From an uncultured delta proteobacterium (lineage in GTDB: Bacteria; Desulfobacterota; Desulfuromonadia; Desulfuromonadales; JACZKF01): a stretch of DNA of 64,000 nucleotides. The position numbers and the translations under genes were made by a program. Below, in pieces: positions 1-10,654 of the stretch; positions within the stretch are counted from its first letter, which is position 1, and every line of letters begins with the position of its first letter. The stretch lies in contig CAWFKQ010000013.1 of NCBI GenBank assembly GCA_963816395.1, positions 1-64,000 on the forward strand, given 5' to 3'. The notes beneath the pieces were generated by a model that made no database searches, was not told where the DNA came from, and was given only the letters and a program-made list of their open reading frames with translations.

Positions 1-2350
1 CTTCCTTCTTCAGCGCGGCCGCCTGATCGGACAGGGTCTCCACGACCGCATCGAATTCCGCGGTCCGCGAGGAATTGTTTTCGGCCACCGCGCGGATCTT
101 CGATACCGCTTCGACCACCTGGCCGCTGTTAACGGTCTGCTCCTGGGTGACGATGTTGATGCGCTGCGCCATCCGCCCCACTTCCTCCAGGTTCTCTGCA
201 ATCTGCCGGCTCCCCTTGGCCTGTTCTCCGGAGCTGTGCTTGACCTGCGAGGCGATCTCCCGCATCGTCTCCGAAGCTTTCGCCAACGCCTCGGTTTCCC
301 CGGTCTGCTGCCGGATGGCCGCCGAGATCTGCATGAGCATGGCGGCCACCTGGTTGATCGACCGGGTGATCTGCTGACTTCCCTTGGCCTGCTCCTGGGT
401 GGCCCGGACGATGCGCCGCACCTGTTCGGTGGAGGTCTCGGTGCTCGTCCGGATCTTGACCAGGGCCTCGCCGGCGGCCCGCGAGCGTTCCACCTCCTGG
501 TTTACCTGCTCATTGCCGGCGGTCATCACCTCTACCACCTGCTGCACCCCGCCCTGCAGCTGGCCGATGATGGTGGCGATCTCCCGGGTGGAGACGCCGG
601 TGCGCGCCGCCAGCTCCCGGATTTCGTTCGCCACGACGGCGAATCCCTTGCCGTGGTCGCCGGCCTGGGCGGCGATGATGGCGGCGTTCAGGGCCAGCAG
701 GTTGGTCTGATCCGCCACCTCGTCGATGACGGTGAGGATGCGGCCGATATCCCTCGACTGTTTTCCCAGGTCATTGACCATGGCGGTGGCATTGCCGACC
801 ATCTCGCGGATGCTGCCGATGCCGCGGATCGTCTCGCCCACCGTCACTCGCCCCAGCTCGGTATCACTTACGGCGGCTTCCGCCAACTTCTTGGTCTTTT
901 CGGCGTTCTCCTCGATCTCGCGGATGGAGGCGTCGAGCTCGGTCAGGGATGAGGCGCTGATCTCGGTGGAAGCGGAGAGGGTGTCGACATTGCTCGCAAT
1001 CTGCTGGCTGGCGGTGGACATCTCGGCGATCGAATCGGAGACCTGATCGACCAGGGCGAAGAGCCGCTCCATCTGGTCGGCGATCTCGGCGGTGGCCGCC
1101 CCCAGTTCCAGGGTCGCCGAGGAGCTGTTTTCAACGGAGTTGAGCAGGGACCCCGTACTCTCGGCGATGCCGGAGATCGATTCCTCGATTCCCTTGATCG
1201 CCAGAAAGGATTCCTCAAGGGCCAGCGACTGGCGGTTGGCTCCGGAACTTACCTCCAGCGAGGAGCGGCGGATCTTCTCCGTCGCTCCCTGGATGTCGGC
1301 GGAAACGGAGCGGGTGCGCCCGACCATATCCCGCAGCCGCTGAATGAAGCGGTTGAAATTATCCGCCAACTCCCCCACCTCATCGCGGGAGGAAACCCGC
1401 AGGGTGCGGGTGAGATCCCCTTCCCCTTCGGCGATTTCCCGCAGACTGCCGACCATCTCGGAGAGTGGACGGGCCAGGCTGCGGGAAAAGGCAAAGCCGA
1501 CGCCCAGGGCCAAAGCCGCGGCGACGGCTACGATGAGGCCGAGGAGCCGGCGCACCGAGTGGAGGGAGCGGATTTCCCCGGAATCGTCCAGGGCCAGGAG
1601 AATTCCCTGCCCCTCGCCACCCAGTGCCCGACGAAACAGTCGATAAGGCGCGCCGTCCAGGGTGATTGCGCCGCCGTCTTTCACCTGCGCCAGGTCGAGC
1701 TCCTGCAGCTGCGGATCGGAGGCGGCTTCAATGCCGTCGCCATCGAAGAGGGCGATCTCGACGCCGCTCAGCTGCTTGATGCGGGCGGCGAAGGTGTCAT
1801 TGAGATAGGTGGTGCCGACCAGGTGTCCGGCAACCTGGCCCTGGAGCTTGACCGGGTTGGCGACGACCACCGCTATCCGCCCGCGCACCGAGGTCAGGGC
1901 GCTGGCCGCCTCTCCGGCCAGGCTGCGGCTGATCACCGGATCGGACGTGGCCGGCGCAGGTCCCGCTACCGGCCCGTCCGGGCGGGTGCGCAGCAGCAGG
2001 CTGCCGTCCGGCCGCAAAATTTCAAGAAGGTCGAAGTGGTAATCCCTGCAGGCATTTCGGGCCAGTTCCTGCAGCTGACTGGTTTCTCCACCCGTGGAAG
2101 CCTTATAGACGGTATTCACCAGATCGGTATTGCCGCTCAGCAGGCCGAGGTAGTTGGCGATTTTCTCCTGGGTGGCGGTGGTGCTGCGTTCGACAAAATT
2201 GCCGGTTTTCTCCGCCATCTGCAGCATGTCCCGACGGATCAGCCGTTCGGTCAGTCCGGAGACGAAGAACAGGGCGGCCACCAGGGGGACGATGGAGAGG
2301 CCGGTCAGGACGAGCAGAATCTTCCAGCGCAGATTGAATCGTTTCAGCAT
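1..2350 (-). CDS. Methyl-accepting chemotaxis protein (3' end runs off the window)
   Basis: Manual translation from ATG 2350: TM1 ([21 protein letters not shown]), periplasmic domain, TM2, HAMP ([23 protein letters not shown]), signalling hairpin [37 protein letters not shown]. No stop inside the window, so absent from the ORF track. Confidence 0.95.
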   Translation of the reverse strand, partial: MLKRFNLRWKILLVLTGLSIVPLVAALFFVSGLTERLIRRDMLQMAEKTGNFVERSTTATQEKIANYLGLLSGNTDLVNTVYKASTGGETSQLQELARNACRDYHFDLLEILRPDGSLLLRTRPDGPVAGPAPATSDPVISRSLAGEAASALTSVRGRIAVVVANPVKLQGQVAGHLVGTTYLNDTFAARIKQLSGVEIALFDGDGIEAASDPQLQELDLAQVKDGGAITLDGAPYRLFRRALGGEGQGILLALDDSGEIRSLHSVRRLLGLIVAVAAALALGVGFAFSRSLARPLSEMVGSLREIAEGEGDLTRTLRVSSRDEVGELADNFNRFIQRLRDMVGRTRSVSADIQGATEKIRRSSLEVSSGANRQSLALEESFLAIKGIEESISGIAESTGSLLNSVENSSSATLELGAATAEIADQMERLFALVDQVSDSIAEMSTASQQIASNVDTLSASTEISASSLTELDASIREIEENAEKTKKLAEAAVSDTELGRVTVGETIRGIGSIREMVGNATAMVNDLGKQSRDIGRILTVIDEVADQTNLLALNAAIIAAQAGDHGKGFAVVANEIRELAARTGVSTREIATIIGQLQGGVQQVVEVMTAGNEQVNQEVERSRAAGEALVKIRTSTETSTEQVRRIVRATQEQAKGSQQITRSINQVAAMLMQISAAIRQQTGETEALAKASETMREIASQVKHSSGEQAKGSRQIAENLEEVGRMAQRINIVTQEQTVNSGQVVEAVSKIRAVAENNSSRTAEFDAVVETLSDQAAALKKE

Positions 2351-2439
2351 GTGTGGGTTCCCCTCGAATGAAATCGGCAGAGTCCATTATGCAAAATTCA
2401 CAGAATAAGACAATGCATAAACTCAAGATTAAACCCGCT

Positions 2440-3588
2440 TCAATCCAAAGCCTGCTCCAGGTCGGCGATGATGTCGCCGACAGTCTCGATGCCGACGGAA
2501 AGTCGCAGCAGGCAATCGCAGATGCCGAGCCGGGCCCGCTCAGCCGGGGGGATGTCGGCGTGCGTCTGCACCGCCGGCAGGGTCATCAGCGACTCCACCC
2601 CGCCCAGACTCTCGGCAAAGGAGATCAGCCGCACTCTTTTCAGCACCTGCCGGGCCAATTCGGGAGAGCGCACACGGAAGGACAGCATGCCGCCGAAACC
2701 TTGCGCCTGCCGCCGGGACAGCGCATGGCCGGGATGTTCCGGCAGGCCGGGAAAATAGACTGCGGCGACGCGCGGGTGCCGCTGCAGCCAGCCGGCGATC
2801 TGCAGGGCATTGGCGCAGTGGCGCTCCATGCGCAGGGGGAGGGTTTTCAGGCTGCGCAGCAGCAGCCAGCTGTCCTGCGGCGGCAGGATGGCGCCGGTGG
2901 AGTTCTGCAGGAAATAGAGGCGCTCTCCCATCTCGGCCGTTCGCGCCACCAGGGCGCCGGCACACAGGTCGTTGTGCCCCCCCAGGTATTTGGTGGCGGA
3001 GTGGATCACCACATCCGCCCCGAAATCGAAGGGTCGCTGCAGCACCGGAGTGAGAAAGGTGTTGTCGACGATGAACAGCAGTTGCCGTTGCCGGCAGAGG
3101 TCGCCCAACGCCTCCAGGTCGGCCACCCCGAGAAGCGGGTTGCCGGGGGTTTCCACCAGCAGCGCCCGGGTGTTGCCCCGGACGGCGGCGGTTACCGCCC
3201 GGGTGTCCGCGGTATCGACATAGGTGGCGGCCATCCCCAGTTTGCTGAATATCTGGGCGAGCACCCGGTAGGTGCCGCCGTAGAGGTCCTCCGAGACCAC
3301 CAGGTGATCGCCGGCCGAGAAGTGGAGGAAAAGGGTGGTGAGAGCGGCCATGCCGGAGGAGAAGGCGAGGCCGCGGGCGCCCCCTTCGAGAAGGGCCAGG
3401 GCCTCCTCGAGGAGCTGGCGGGTCGGATTTCCCGAGCGGGTGTAATCGAAGCCGGTGCTCTCTCCCACTCCCGGATGCCGGTAGGTGGCGCTCGGATAAA
3501 TCGGGAAGCTGATGGCGCCGGTGCGCTCGTCGCGGCCGACGCCGAGCTGGACCAGACGGGTTTCCAGAGACTGTTCTTTCCTGTTCAT
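2440..3588 (-). CDS. PLP-dependent trans-sulfuration enzyme (cystathionine gamma-synthase/beta-lyase family)
   Basis: YTRSGNPT, FSSGMAA, DNTF, HSATKYLGGH (PLP lysine), ESLGGVES motifs; lies under a SAM riboswitch. Confidence 0.92.
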   Translation of the reverse strand: MNRKEQSLETRLVQLGVGRDERTGAISFPIYPSATYRHPGVGESTGFDYTRSGNPTRQLLEEALALLEGGARGLAFSSGMAALTTLFLHFSAGDHLVVSEDLYGGTYRVLAQIFSKLGMAATYVDTADTRAVTAAVRGNTRALLVETPGNPLLGVADLEALGDLCRQRQLLFIVDNTFLTPVLQRPFDFGADVVIHSATKYLGGHNDLCAGALVARTAEMGERLYFLQNSTGAILPPQDSWLLLRSLKTLPLRMERHCANALQIAGWLQRHPRVAAVYFPGLPEHPGHALSRRQAQGFGGMLSFRVRSPELARQVLKRVRLISFAESLGGVESLMTLPAVQTHADIPPAERARLGICDCLLRLSVGIETVGDIIADLEQALD

Positions 3589-3626
3589 TGCATCCCCCTT
3601 GGCAAAACCGTTGCGGGGCAGACTGA

Positions 3627-3660
3627 AAAGCCCCTTCTCATGGGAGATGAGAAGGGGCTT
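3627..3660 (-). terminator. Intrinsic terminator of the SAM riboswitch expression platform
   Basis: Minus strand AAGCCCCTTCTCAT-ctccc-ATGAGAAGGGGCTT followed by TTC, between aptamer and start codon. Confidence 0.8.
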
Positions 3661-3702
3661 CGGGGGATGCCGGTGATGCAGGCGACCATCCGCGAAGCGC
3701 CA

Positions 3703-3827
3703 CCTTCATCTTCCCCCGGGAAAACTCCGGAGCTGGAATTAGCACCTGGCACCCACCAGCCTGGCGGCTTCGGCGGATCGGTTGCTGTGGCTTCGCAGGG
3801 CCAGTCCCTCCGCCACTCTTGATAAAG
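3703..3827 (-). ncRNA. SAM-I (S-box) riboswitch
   Basis: Minus strand CTTTATCAAGAG-TGGCGGAGGGACTGGCCC-TGCGAAGCC-ACAGCAACC...GGTGCTAATTCC...GGAAGATGAAG matches the SAM-I consensus, upstream of a Met/Cys enzyme. Confidence 0.95.
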
Positions 3828-3869
3828 ACAGTGCTTTGTCGGCTTTTTCATGGCCGAATGTTGACAAAA

Positions 3870-3898
3870 AAGATAGAGAATCTGCCGGATCTTGTCAA
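3870..3898 (-). promoter_or_regulatory. sigma70-type promoter for the riboswitch leader
   Basis: Minus strand TTGACA-17 nt-TATCTT. Confidence 0.55.
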
Positions 3899-3912
3899 CA
3901 AAATTCTCGACA

Positions 3913-5137
3913 TCAACAGGCGGAATCAGGGAATTCGCAGTATTCGCCGTAGACCTGCAGGAGGAATCTCTTCTCTCCGGCGGCCCATTGGGGTGGCTGG
4001 AGTGTGGGGCGGTCTTCCATCAGTACCCGGAAGGTGCTGCCTCCCCCTGGCGTCTCTTCTACCCAGGCCTTGCCCCCGTAGGCGCGGGCGATCTTGCGCA
4101 CGGTGGCCAGTCCCACCCCGGTGCCGCGATTCTCCCCGGCCGTTGAACCCCGGGCGAAAACCTCGAAGATCCGTTCGCGTTCTGCATCCGGGATGCCGGG
4201 GCCATGATCCCGGACGAAATAGCAGACCCGATGCAGCTGCCGTTCGCCGCCGACCTCGATCGGCCCGGTGGCGTAACGGAGGGCATTGCCGATCAGGTTC
4301 CGGAAGATCTGCGCCAGCAGGGTTTTCGGCAGGCAGGCGGCAGGCAGGGGTTCCGCGACCACCGCCGTGGCCGGAAACTGGCTCTCCAGCTCCCGCAGGA
4401 TCTCCCGCAGCACCTCCTCCGCATCCACTGGCCGCTCCGGCCGTTCGAGGAAGCCGGCTTGCGCCAGGTCGAGCAGATCCTCCAGCAGGATCAGCATGCG
4501 GTTGGCCTGCCCTTCGATTTCCTCGAGGATATCCAGTGCCCTGCCATCCAGAAGGGCGCCGTATTCGGAGCGGAGAAATTCCGTGTAGCCGATAATCGGT
4601 GCCAGAGGGCGAGCGCAGGTCGTGGGAGATGGTGTAGACGAAAGCCTCCAGGTCGCGATTGGACTCGCGGAGCCGCTCCTCGGCTGAGCGCCGCTCGCTG
4701 ATGTGATGCCATTCCCGCAGGGCCCGGGCGGCGAAATGCGGCAGCTGGGCGAAGCTTTCCCCGGACTTGACGATATAATCGAGGGCGCCGGCCTTCATCG
4801 CCTCGACCGCCACTTCCTCATCGCCATGGCTGGTCATGATCACCGCCGGAAAGGGGAGACCATCGTTCTTGTTTTTCTCCAGCAGCTCGATGCCGCGGCC
4901 GTCCGGGAGGAGCAAATCGACGATGGCCAGGTCCGGGGTGGCTTCGGCCAACCGGCACCGGGCCTCACCCAGGGTGCGGGCGATGGTCAGGCGAACTCCC
5001 GCCCGCCCTTCGAAGGCGCGCAGGATCAACTGGATGTGTCCCTCCTCGTCCTCCACCAGCAAGATATTCAGGGCATTTTGATTCATGACATTCATTATCA
5101 ATAGGCGCCCGCTGCCGGTCAAGGAATTTTCGTCCAC
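3913..5137 (-). CDS. Hybrid receiver-histidine kinase (frameshift near 4600)
   Basis: REC domain (ILLVEDE, DLLLPDG) and H-box ISHDLRSP in ORF 3926..5137; HATPase (NLIGNALRY, RDHGPGI, GTGVGLA) in ORF 3913..4497. Confidence 0.88.
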
Positions 5138-5141
5138 TAAT

Positions 5142-5606
5142 TCATGCCCACGGATAATAATTCCACTTCAGCCAGTAGAAGCCCAGATCGTCCATGAGGC
5201 GGACGAATTTGTCGAAATCGAGCGGTTTCACCAGGAAGCTGTTGGCATGATATTCATAAGCCCTCGCCGCATCGATCTCCGCTTCGGAGGTGGTGAGGAT
5301 GACCACCGGCAGTTTTTCCAGTTCCGCCGAGGTCCGGATTTCCTTGAGAATTTCCAGGCCGTCCACACGGGGAAGGCGCAGATCGAGGAGAACCACGTGC
5401 GGTCGCGGACTCTTCTCCGGGTCGGCGAAATCCCCCCGGCGGAGGAGGAAGTTCAGCGCAGTCTCGCCATCGGAAATATGGATGATGCGATTGGCGACCG
5501 GGTGCCCCTCCAGGCTGCGCTTGACCAGTTCGGCATGGGCCGGGTTGTCCTCCACCAGCAGGATGACGAAGGGTCCTTCAGGCATATTTTCGGTGTTAGT
5601 CATCAC
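5142..5606 (-). CDS. Single-domain response regulator (Rcp1-like)
   Basis: ILLVEDNP, LLDLRLPRVDG, ILTTS, ANSFLVKP, FYWL tail. Confidence 0.92.
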   Translation of the reverse strand: MMTNTENMPEGPFVILLVEDNPAHAELVKRSLEGHPVANRIIHISDGETALNFLLRRGDFADPEKSPRPHVVLLDLRLPRVDGLEILKEIRTSAELEKLPVVILTTSEAEIDAARAYEYHANSFLVKPLDFDKFVRLMDDLGFYWLKWNYYPWA

Positions 5607-6729
5607 TCTTCCTTGCTGGTAGGGTGAAAAAGAAGGTCGTCCCCTGGTCGGGGGCCGATTCCACCCAGATGCGGCCGCCGTGCACCTCGATAATGCGCTT
5701 GACCAGGGCCAGGCCGATACCTGTCCCCGCGGTCTCGGCGCTCAGGCGTTCGAACAGGCCGAAGATCTTCTCATGGTAGCGCGGATCGATGCCGACGCCG
5801 TTGTCGCGGACGTAGAAAACCGTCTCTTCCCCTTCCCGGCGGGCACCGATCTCCACCCTGGGTTCGGGCTGGTCGCCCATGAATTTCACGGCGTTGTCGA
5901 TCAGGTTCTGCAGCACCTCCAGCAGCCTTGGGTGGTCGCCCCGGACCGTTGGGAGATCGGGGGCGATCACCACCTGCACTCCCCCCTCGACGATTTGGCC
6001 ACCCACCTGGTGCACCGCTTCCCAGGCCAGATCACCCATGGCGATCTCCTGCGGGGGGTTGGCCAGGCGGCCGATGCGCGACAAGCTCAGCAGCTCATCG
6101 AGCAGCGTCTGCATCCGCAGCACGGCATTCTGGATGTGGCCGATGTCTTCTTTTAGCCGCTTGGCATCGCCGGCCGCCATATCCTTCTCCAGCAGGCCGA
6201 GGAAGCCGCGGATGGTGATCAGGGGGCTCTTCAGGTCATGGGAAACGGTATAGGTGAAGCGCTCCATCTCCGCCGCCTTGGTTTCCAGCTCGGCGATCAG
6301 GCGCTCGCGCTCCTGGTCGGCCTGGCGCCGCTCGGAGATGTCGCGGATGATGCCGGTGAAGATGCGCCGCTCGCCCACCCACGCTTCGCTGACCGCCAGC
6401 TCCATGGGGAAAACGCTGCCGTCCTTGCGTCTGCCGACCACCTCGCGGCCGATGCCGATGATCTTTCGGATGCCGGTGGTGAGATAGTTTTGGATGTAAC
6501 GATCGTGCTGGCTGTGGTAAGGCTCGGGCATGAGCATCTCGACCTTGCGCCCGAGAGTCTCTTCCGTGGTGTAGCCGAAGATTTGCTCCGCCGCCCGGTT
6601 GAAGGATTGAATGATCCCCGTTTCATCGATGGTGATGGCGGCATCGACCACCGTATCGAGAACCGCCATCAACCGCGAATCGGTTTCCCGCCGTTCGAGC
6701 CGCTGGTCCCGTTGCCGTTTTTGTGCCAT
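5596..6729 (-). CDS. Cytoplasmic PAS (FixL-like heme PAS) sensor histidine kinase
   Basis: PAS LMPEPYHSQHDRYIQNYLTTGIRKIIGIGREVVGRRKDG; VSHDLKSPL; NLIDNAVKF; GTGIGLA. Confidence 0.92.
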   Translation of the reverse strand: MAQKRQRDQRLERRETDSRLMAVLDTVVDAAITIDETGIIQSFNRAAEQIFGYTTEETLGRKVEMLMPEPYHSQHDRYIQNYLTTGIRKIIGIGREVVGRRKDGSVFPMELAVSEAWVGERRIFTGIIRDISERRQADQERERLIAELETKAAEMERFTYTVSHDLKSPLITIRGFLGLLEKDMAAGDAKRLKEDIGHIQNAVLRMQTLLDELLSLSRIGRLANPPQEIAMGDLAWEAVHQVGGQIVEGGVQVVIAPDLPTVRGDHPRLLEVLQNLIDNAVKFMGDQPEPRVEIGARREGEETVFYVRDNGVGIDPRYHEKIFGLFERLSAETAGTGIGLALVKRIIEVHGGRIWVESAPDQGTTFFFTLPARKSDD

Positions 6730-6899
6730 TTTCTGCCTTTGAATCCGCAGGTTCGCCTCTACTTAATCATAGCATGAGTCGACTGGGATTCCTGAAGCAA
6801 GCGGATTTCCCCCGGTCAGTGATTGCAGTGGACCGCGGGCGGCCGAATGGCTATCATCCTCCGGAAAGACCCCGGAAGATTTTCGCCCAGGAGTAAAGA

Positions 6900-7847
6900 A
6901 TGGATCCGAGAAACCTGTTCTGCATCGATCTCGACCAGCCGTCACTGGCCGGTTTTCGCAAGTTCATCAGCGCCTGGCTTTACCGGGGGGAGGATTTTAC
7001 CCTTCTGGTCGATCCCGGGCCGCTGTCCACCATCCCCCACCTCATCGGTGAACTGCGCCGGCACGGCATCGAGCGTCTGGATTACGTCCTGCTGACCCAC
7101 ATCCACATCGATCATGCCGGCGGCACCGGCGCGCTGCTGCGGGAATTTCCCGCCGCCCGGGTGATCTGCCATCCGGAGGGGATCCGCCATCTGGCGGCGC
7201 CGGAGATGCTCTGGCAGGGCTCGCTGAAGGTGCTTGGGACGATGGCCGAGGCTTACGGGGAGATCGTTCCGGTACCGGCGGAGCGGCTGCAGTTCGCTGA
7301 AAAAATCGGGGCTACCGGTGTGCGCGTCTTTCTCACCCCCGGGCATGCCCAGCACCATCTCTGTTTTCTGCTGGACGACCTGCTTTTCGCCGGTGAGGCG
7401 GCCGGGGTGCGCAGCGAGGTGTCCGGGGAGATCTATCTGCGCCCGGCCACGCCACCGCGCTTCCAGTTGCCGGTCGCCCTCGACTCCCTCGACCGCATGC
7501 TCGCCCTTCGCCCCCGCCGCATGGTTTTCGCCCATTACGGACTGGTCGAATCGGCCATGGAGCACCTGCGGATTGCCCGCCGTCAGCTGCCGTTGTGGGT
7601 GCGGGGGGTGGCAGCCACCGCCGCGGTGGCAGAATGCCGGAGGGAAGAGGCGCTTTTCGCCTGGCTGCAGGAGAGGGACGCGCATTATCGCAACATTCGC
7701 CGGCTGCCGCCGGACATCCATCGGCGCGAACGCATTTTTCTGGGGAACACCCTGCGCGGGATGAGCGAATATGTGGCCGGCCTGCCGCCGGCGGAGCGGC
7801 GGGCGCTGGCCGACGGTGGGGAAGGAAAGGTGGCGTCCGTCAGATGA
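6900..7847 (+). CDS. MBL-fold metallo-hydrolase
   Basis: THIHIDHAGG, TPGHAQHH. Confidence 0.88.
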   Translation: MDPRNLFCIDLDQPSLAGFRKFISAWLYRGEDFTLLVDPGPLSTIPHLIGELRRHGIERLDYVLLTHIHIDHAGGTGALLREFPAARVICHPEGIRHLAAPEMLWQGSLKVLGTMAEAYGEIVPVPAERLQFAEKIGATGVRVFLTPGHAQHHLCFLLDDLLFAGEAAGVRSEVSGEIYLRPATPPRFQLPVALDSLDRMLALRPRRMVFAHYGLVESAMEHLRIARRQLPLWVRGVAATAAVAECRREEALFAWLQERDAHYRNIRRLPPDIHRRERIFLGNTLRGMSEYVAGLPPAERRALADGGEGKVASVR

Positions 7848-9015
7848 ATCTCTTCAGGAGTTCATCGACGACGGCGTCCACGTTCTCCGGCGTCACCTGG
7901 TGCCGGGCGCTGAGGTTTTCCGCCTGCCGCCGCCTGCCCGGGTCCTGCAGATCGGCGAGGCTGGCAAAAAGGCCGGTCCGCCGGCCCACCTGATAAAGCG
8001 CCTGCTCGTCGCCGGGCAGTTCGAGAAAACGCCGGATCACTCCGGTCATCCGTGCCTTGTCCGCCGGGAAAGTGCCCTCGACCTCCTGGAAGAGGTTCAG
8101 GATGTGGTCGCTCTTCAGAGTGCTGGTGATGCCATCCAGGTTCTCCAGAAAAAGCAGGATCTCGCCGGCGGTCTCCCGATCACCCAGTTTTTCGAATTTC
8201 CCCGTCCGGTAATCCTCATACAGCTCCACGCGGCTGGGAATCGCCAGCGTGCGCAGGCGGATGAAGTCGGCATCGATGTGGTTCAAGGCATCGGCGGTCT
8301 CCAGGGCGTGCTCCCGTGAGAGCCCCCGGCCTCCCAGCCCCGGCATCACATATTCCGACAGTTCGATCCCGGCCCGTTTTACCTTCTTCCCGGCCCGAAT
8401 GTGGGTCTGCTTGTCCGCTCCCTTGCGCACCATCGCCAGCACCCGGTCGGAACCCGATTCCATGCCGATGTGGATACGGTTCAGGCCCGCCGCCGCCAGT
8501 CGTTCGAGGTCGCCGTCGGCAAGGCGGTCGATGGTCTGCGAACGGGCGTAGGAGGTGATGCGTTCGACGCCGGGAAAACATTCCTTGAGATGGTGCAGAA
8601 TGGTCACCAGCTCATCGGGCCGGATGACCGGGCTGTTGGCATCCTGTAGAAAGATCGAGCGCATTCCCCCGGCTATCCAGTTGACGGCGGCGTGAAAGGC
8701 CGCCCGCTCACCCGGCTCCAGCCCTGCGGCAAGTTCCTCGAGGGCGCTCCGGCTGACGGTGCCGGAGTTGCCCAGGAGAGTGCGCAGGGACTCGACCTGT
8801 CGATGTACCGCATCGATGTCCTGCAGTACATGGCGCAGCGGGCGTCGGGAGAATTTCGCCCTCTTGTACACCGAGCAGAAGGTGCAGCGGTTCCAGGGAC
8901 AGTTCCGGGTCACCCGCAGCAGCAGGCTGGCGGCCTCGCTCGGCGGCCGGATCGGACCCTGCTCGAAACCGGCGTAAGTTTCTTCCTGTTTATCACGTGC
9001 ATTCTTTTCATCCAT
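7840..9015 (-). CDS. Radical SAM protein
   Basis: IRPPSEA...CPWNRCTFC, GMESGSD, YVMPGLGG. Confidence 0.88.
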   Translation of the reverse strand: MDEKNARDKQEETYAGFEQGPIRPPSEAASLLLRVTRNCPWNRCTFCSVYKRAKFSRRPLRHVLQDIDAVHRQVESLRTLLGNSGTVSRSALEELAAGLEPGERAAFHAAVNWIAGGMRSIFLQDANSPVIRPDELVTILHHLKECFPGVERITSYARSQTIDRLADGDLERLAAAGLNRIHIGMESGSDRVLAMVRKGADKQTHIRAGKKVKRAGIELSEYVMPGLGGRGLSREHALETADALNHIDADFIRLRTLAIPSRVELYEDYRTGKFEKLGDRETAGEILLFLENLDGITSTLKSDHILNLFQEVEGTFPADKARMTGVIRRFLELPGDEQALYQVGRRTGLFASLADLQDPGRRRQAENLSARHQVTPENVDAVVDELLKRFI

Positions 9016-9193
9016 TGGCAGCCCCTAGGTTATGGGAAAGCTCCAGTATCCACGGGCGGAGCGGAAATGTCCAGATGCGGGGGACCGGAGTGTCGCGAGC
9101 AAATAAACTGTCCGGGCTTGTAGCACAAGGTTTGCAGGACCGTGGCCGCGACAACTGCGGACAGTTCTATTTGTTGACAACAGACATCGTATT

Positions 9194-9290
9194 AAACGCG
9201 GAGGCGCAGAGGCGCGGAGAGTTGCAGAAAAAGCGGATAGATTGACGAAACCCCTCCGCCTTTCCGCGTTGAAATGCCCTGGCTTTTTAC
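9194..9290. repeat. 9-mer-unit inverted repeat; right half related to 63488..63543
   Basis: AACGCGGAGGCGCAGAGG ... CCTCCGCCTTTCCGCGTT; attgacg.aacccc..gcgtt.aaa.gccct shared with 63488. Confidence 0.6.
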
Positions 9291-9296
9291 AGACGC

Positions 9297-9330
9297 AGAA
9301 AGGCCCGCCAGGGGGATGACGGGCCTTTCT
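9297..9330 (-). terminator. Hairpin terminator after the OmpA-family gene
   Basis: AGAAAGGCCCG...CGGGCCTTTCT. Confidence 0.6.
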
Positions 9331-9352
9331 CCGCCGGTGCCGCGCGCGACTG

Positions 9353-10018
9353 TCAACTCGTCTGCGGGGCGATGGTGATGGTTACCCGGCGGTTCAACTG
9401 GCGTCCGGCCGCGGTGTCGTTGCTGGCGATAGGCTGGCTCTCGCCAAAGCCAGCGGTGGTCATGCGGGCCGGGCTGACCCCGGCGCCGGCCAGGGCATTC
9501 TTCACCGCCGCGGCCCTTCGCTCGGAAAGCTGCTGGTTGTATGTTTCGGAGCCGGTGCTGTCGGTGAAACCGGCGATGCGGATGGTGGTCTGCGGATACT
9601 GCTGCAGTACGTTGGCGACCCGGTTGATCTCGTTGTAGGCGCCTGCCTTGAGCGTGGCGGAATCGGTGTCGAACAGCAGGTCGGACTTGAAGGTCACCGC
9701 CAGCAGGTTGGCGTTGCGCTGGATATTGGCTCCCTCGACTCCCGCCAGCTGCTGCCGCATGGCCGCCTCCTGGTTGTCCATGTAGCGGCCGATGCTGCCG
9801 CCGGCAAACCCGCCGACCAGGGCACCGATGCCGGCGCCGATCAGGGTACTTTCGGTGTTGCCGCCGATCGCCTGGCCGAGGCCGGCCCCCGCCGCCGCCC
9901 CGACCCCGGTGCCGATCGCCGCCCCCTGTCCGGTTTTGGTCTGGGGAGGTGCGCATCCCGCCAGAACGAGAGAGCTGATGGTGAAGGATAAAATCAATAC
10001 ATGCGGAATCTTTCTCAT
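9353..10018 (-). CDS. OmpA-family lipoprotein (YiaD-like, glycine zipper)
   Basis: Lipobox LAGC, Gly zipper, GFTDSTGS...NQQLSERRA, NRRV. Confidence 0.92.
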   Translation of the reverse strand: MRKIPHVLILSFTISSLVLAGCAPPQTKTGQGAAIGTGVGAAAGAGLGQAIGGNTESTLIGAGIGALVGGFAGGSIGRYMDNQEAAMRQQLAGVEGANIQRNANLLAVTFKSDLLFDTDSATLKAGAYNEINRVANVLQQYPQTTIRIAGFTDSTGSETYNQQLSERRAAAVKNALAGAGVSPARMTTAGFGESQPIASNDTAAGRQLNRRVTITIAPQTS

Positions 10019-10224
10019 TTCACACTCCTGGGTAAGTCCGGAGCCAGGCTCCGGGATTCATGCCTGCGTTCTCTCTTTAATCCTTTTAGCACGCCGGGGA
10101 GAAAAAGCAAAGGCCCGCCGGCAGGGAAAAGAGACGGCGGAAGTGTCCGTCGGGCTTGCTGATGCCGCCGATTCCGTGCTATTTTGCCCCTTTGTGAATC
10201 AGCGGCATTCCCCGGGAGGAAAAG

Positions 10225-10513
10225 ATGAAAATCAGCAGAAGCGAGGTTGAGCACGTCGCCCGCCTGGCCCGCCTGGCGCTGACCGAGGCGGAGGTCGATA
10301 CCCTGACCGGGCAGATGGACGCCATCCTCGACTATGTCGAACAGCTCAACCGTCTGGATACCGACGGCATTCTGCCCACCGCCCATGCCGTCCCCATGGA
10401 GAACGCCTTCCGCGAGGACATGCGTGCGCTCATCCCTGGGCACCGACAAGGCCCTGCAGAACGCCCCCGACGCCGCCGACGGCTGCTTCCGCGTGCCGAA
10501 GGTAATCGAATAG
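10225..10513 (+). CDS. gatC: Asp/Glu-tRNA amidotransferase subunit C (frameshift near 10425)
   Basis: VEHVARLARL...FRED, then LQNAPDAADGCFRVPKVIE-TAG in another frame. Confidence 0.92.
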
Positions 10514-10515
10514 AA

Positions 10516-10646
10516 GCGAGGCTCGCGGCTCGCGGCACGCGGCCAGCGGGAAAGGCACAAACCTGTCCTGTCTTCCCAGCCCGTCTGGTCTTTAAACCGT
10601 TTGCCCCTTGCCGCTAACCGTTTGCCGGCATTTTGCCCCTAGCCTG
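10516..10646. repeat. Heptamer tandem/inverted array in the gatC-gatA spacer
   Basis: ctcgcgg ctcgcgg cacgcgg ccagcgg ... ttgcccc ttgccgc taaccgt ttgccgg. Confidence 0.55.
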
Positions 10647-10654
10647 GAATAATC

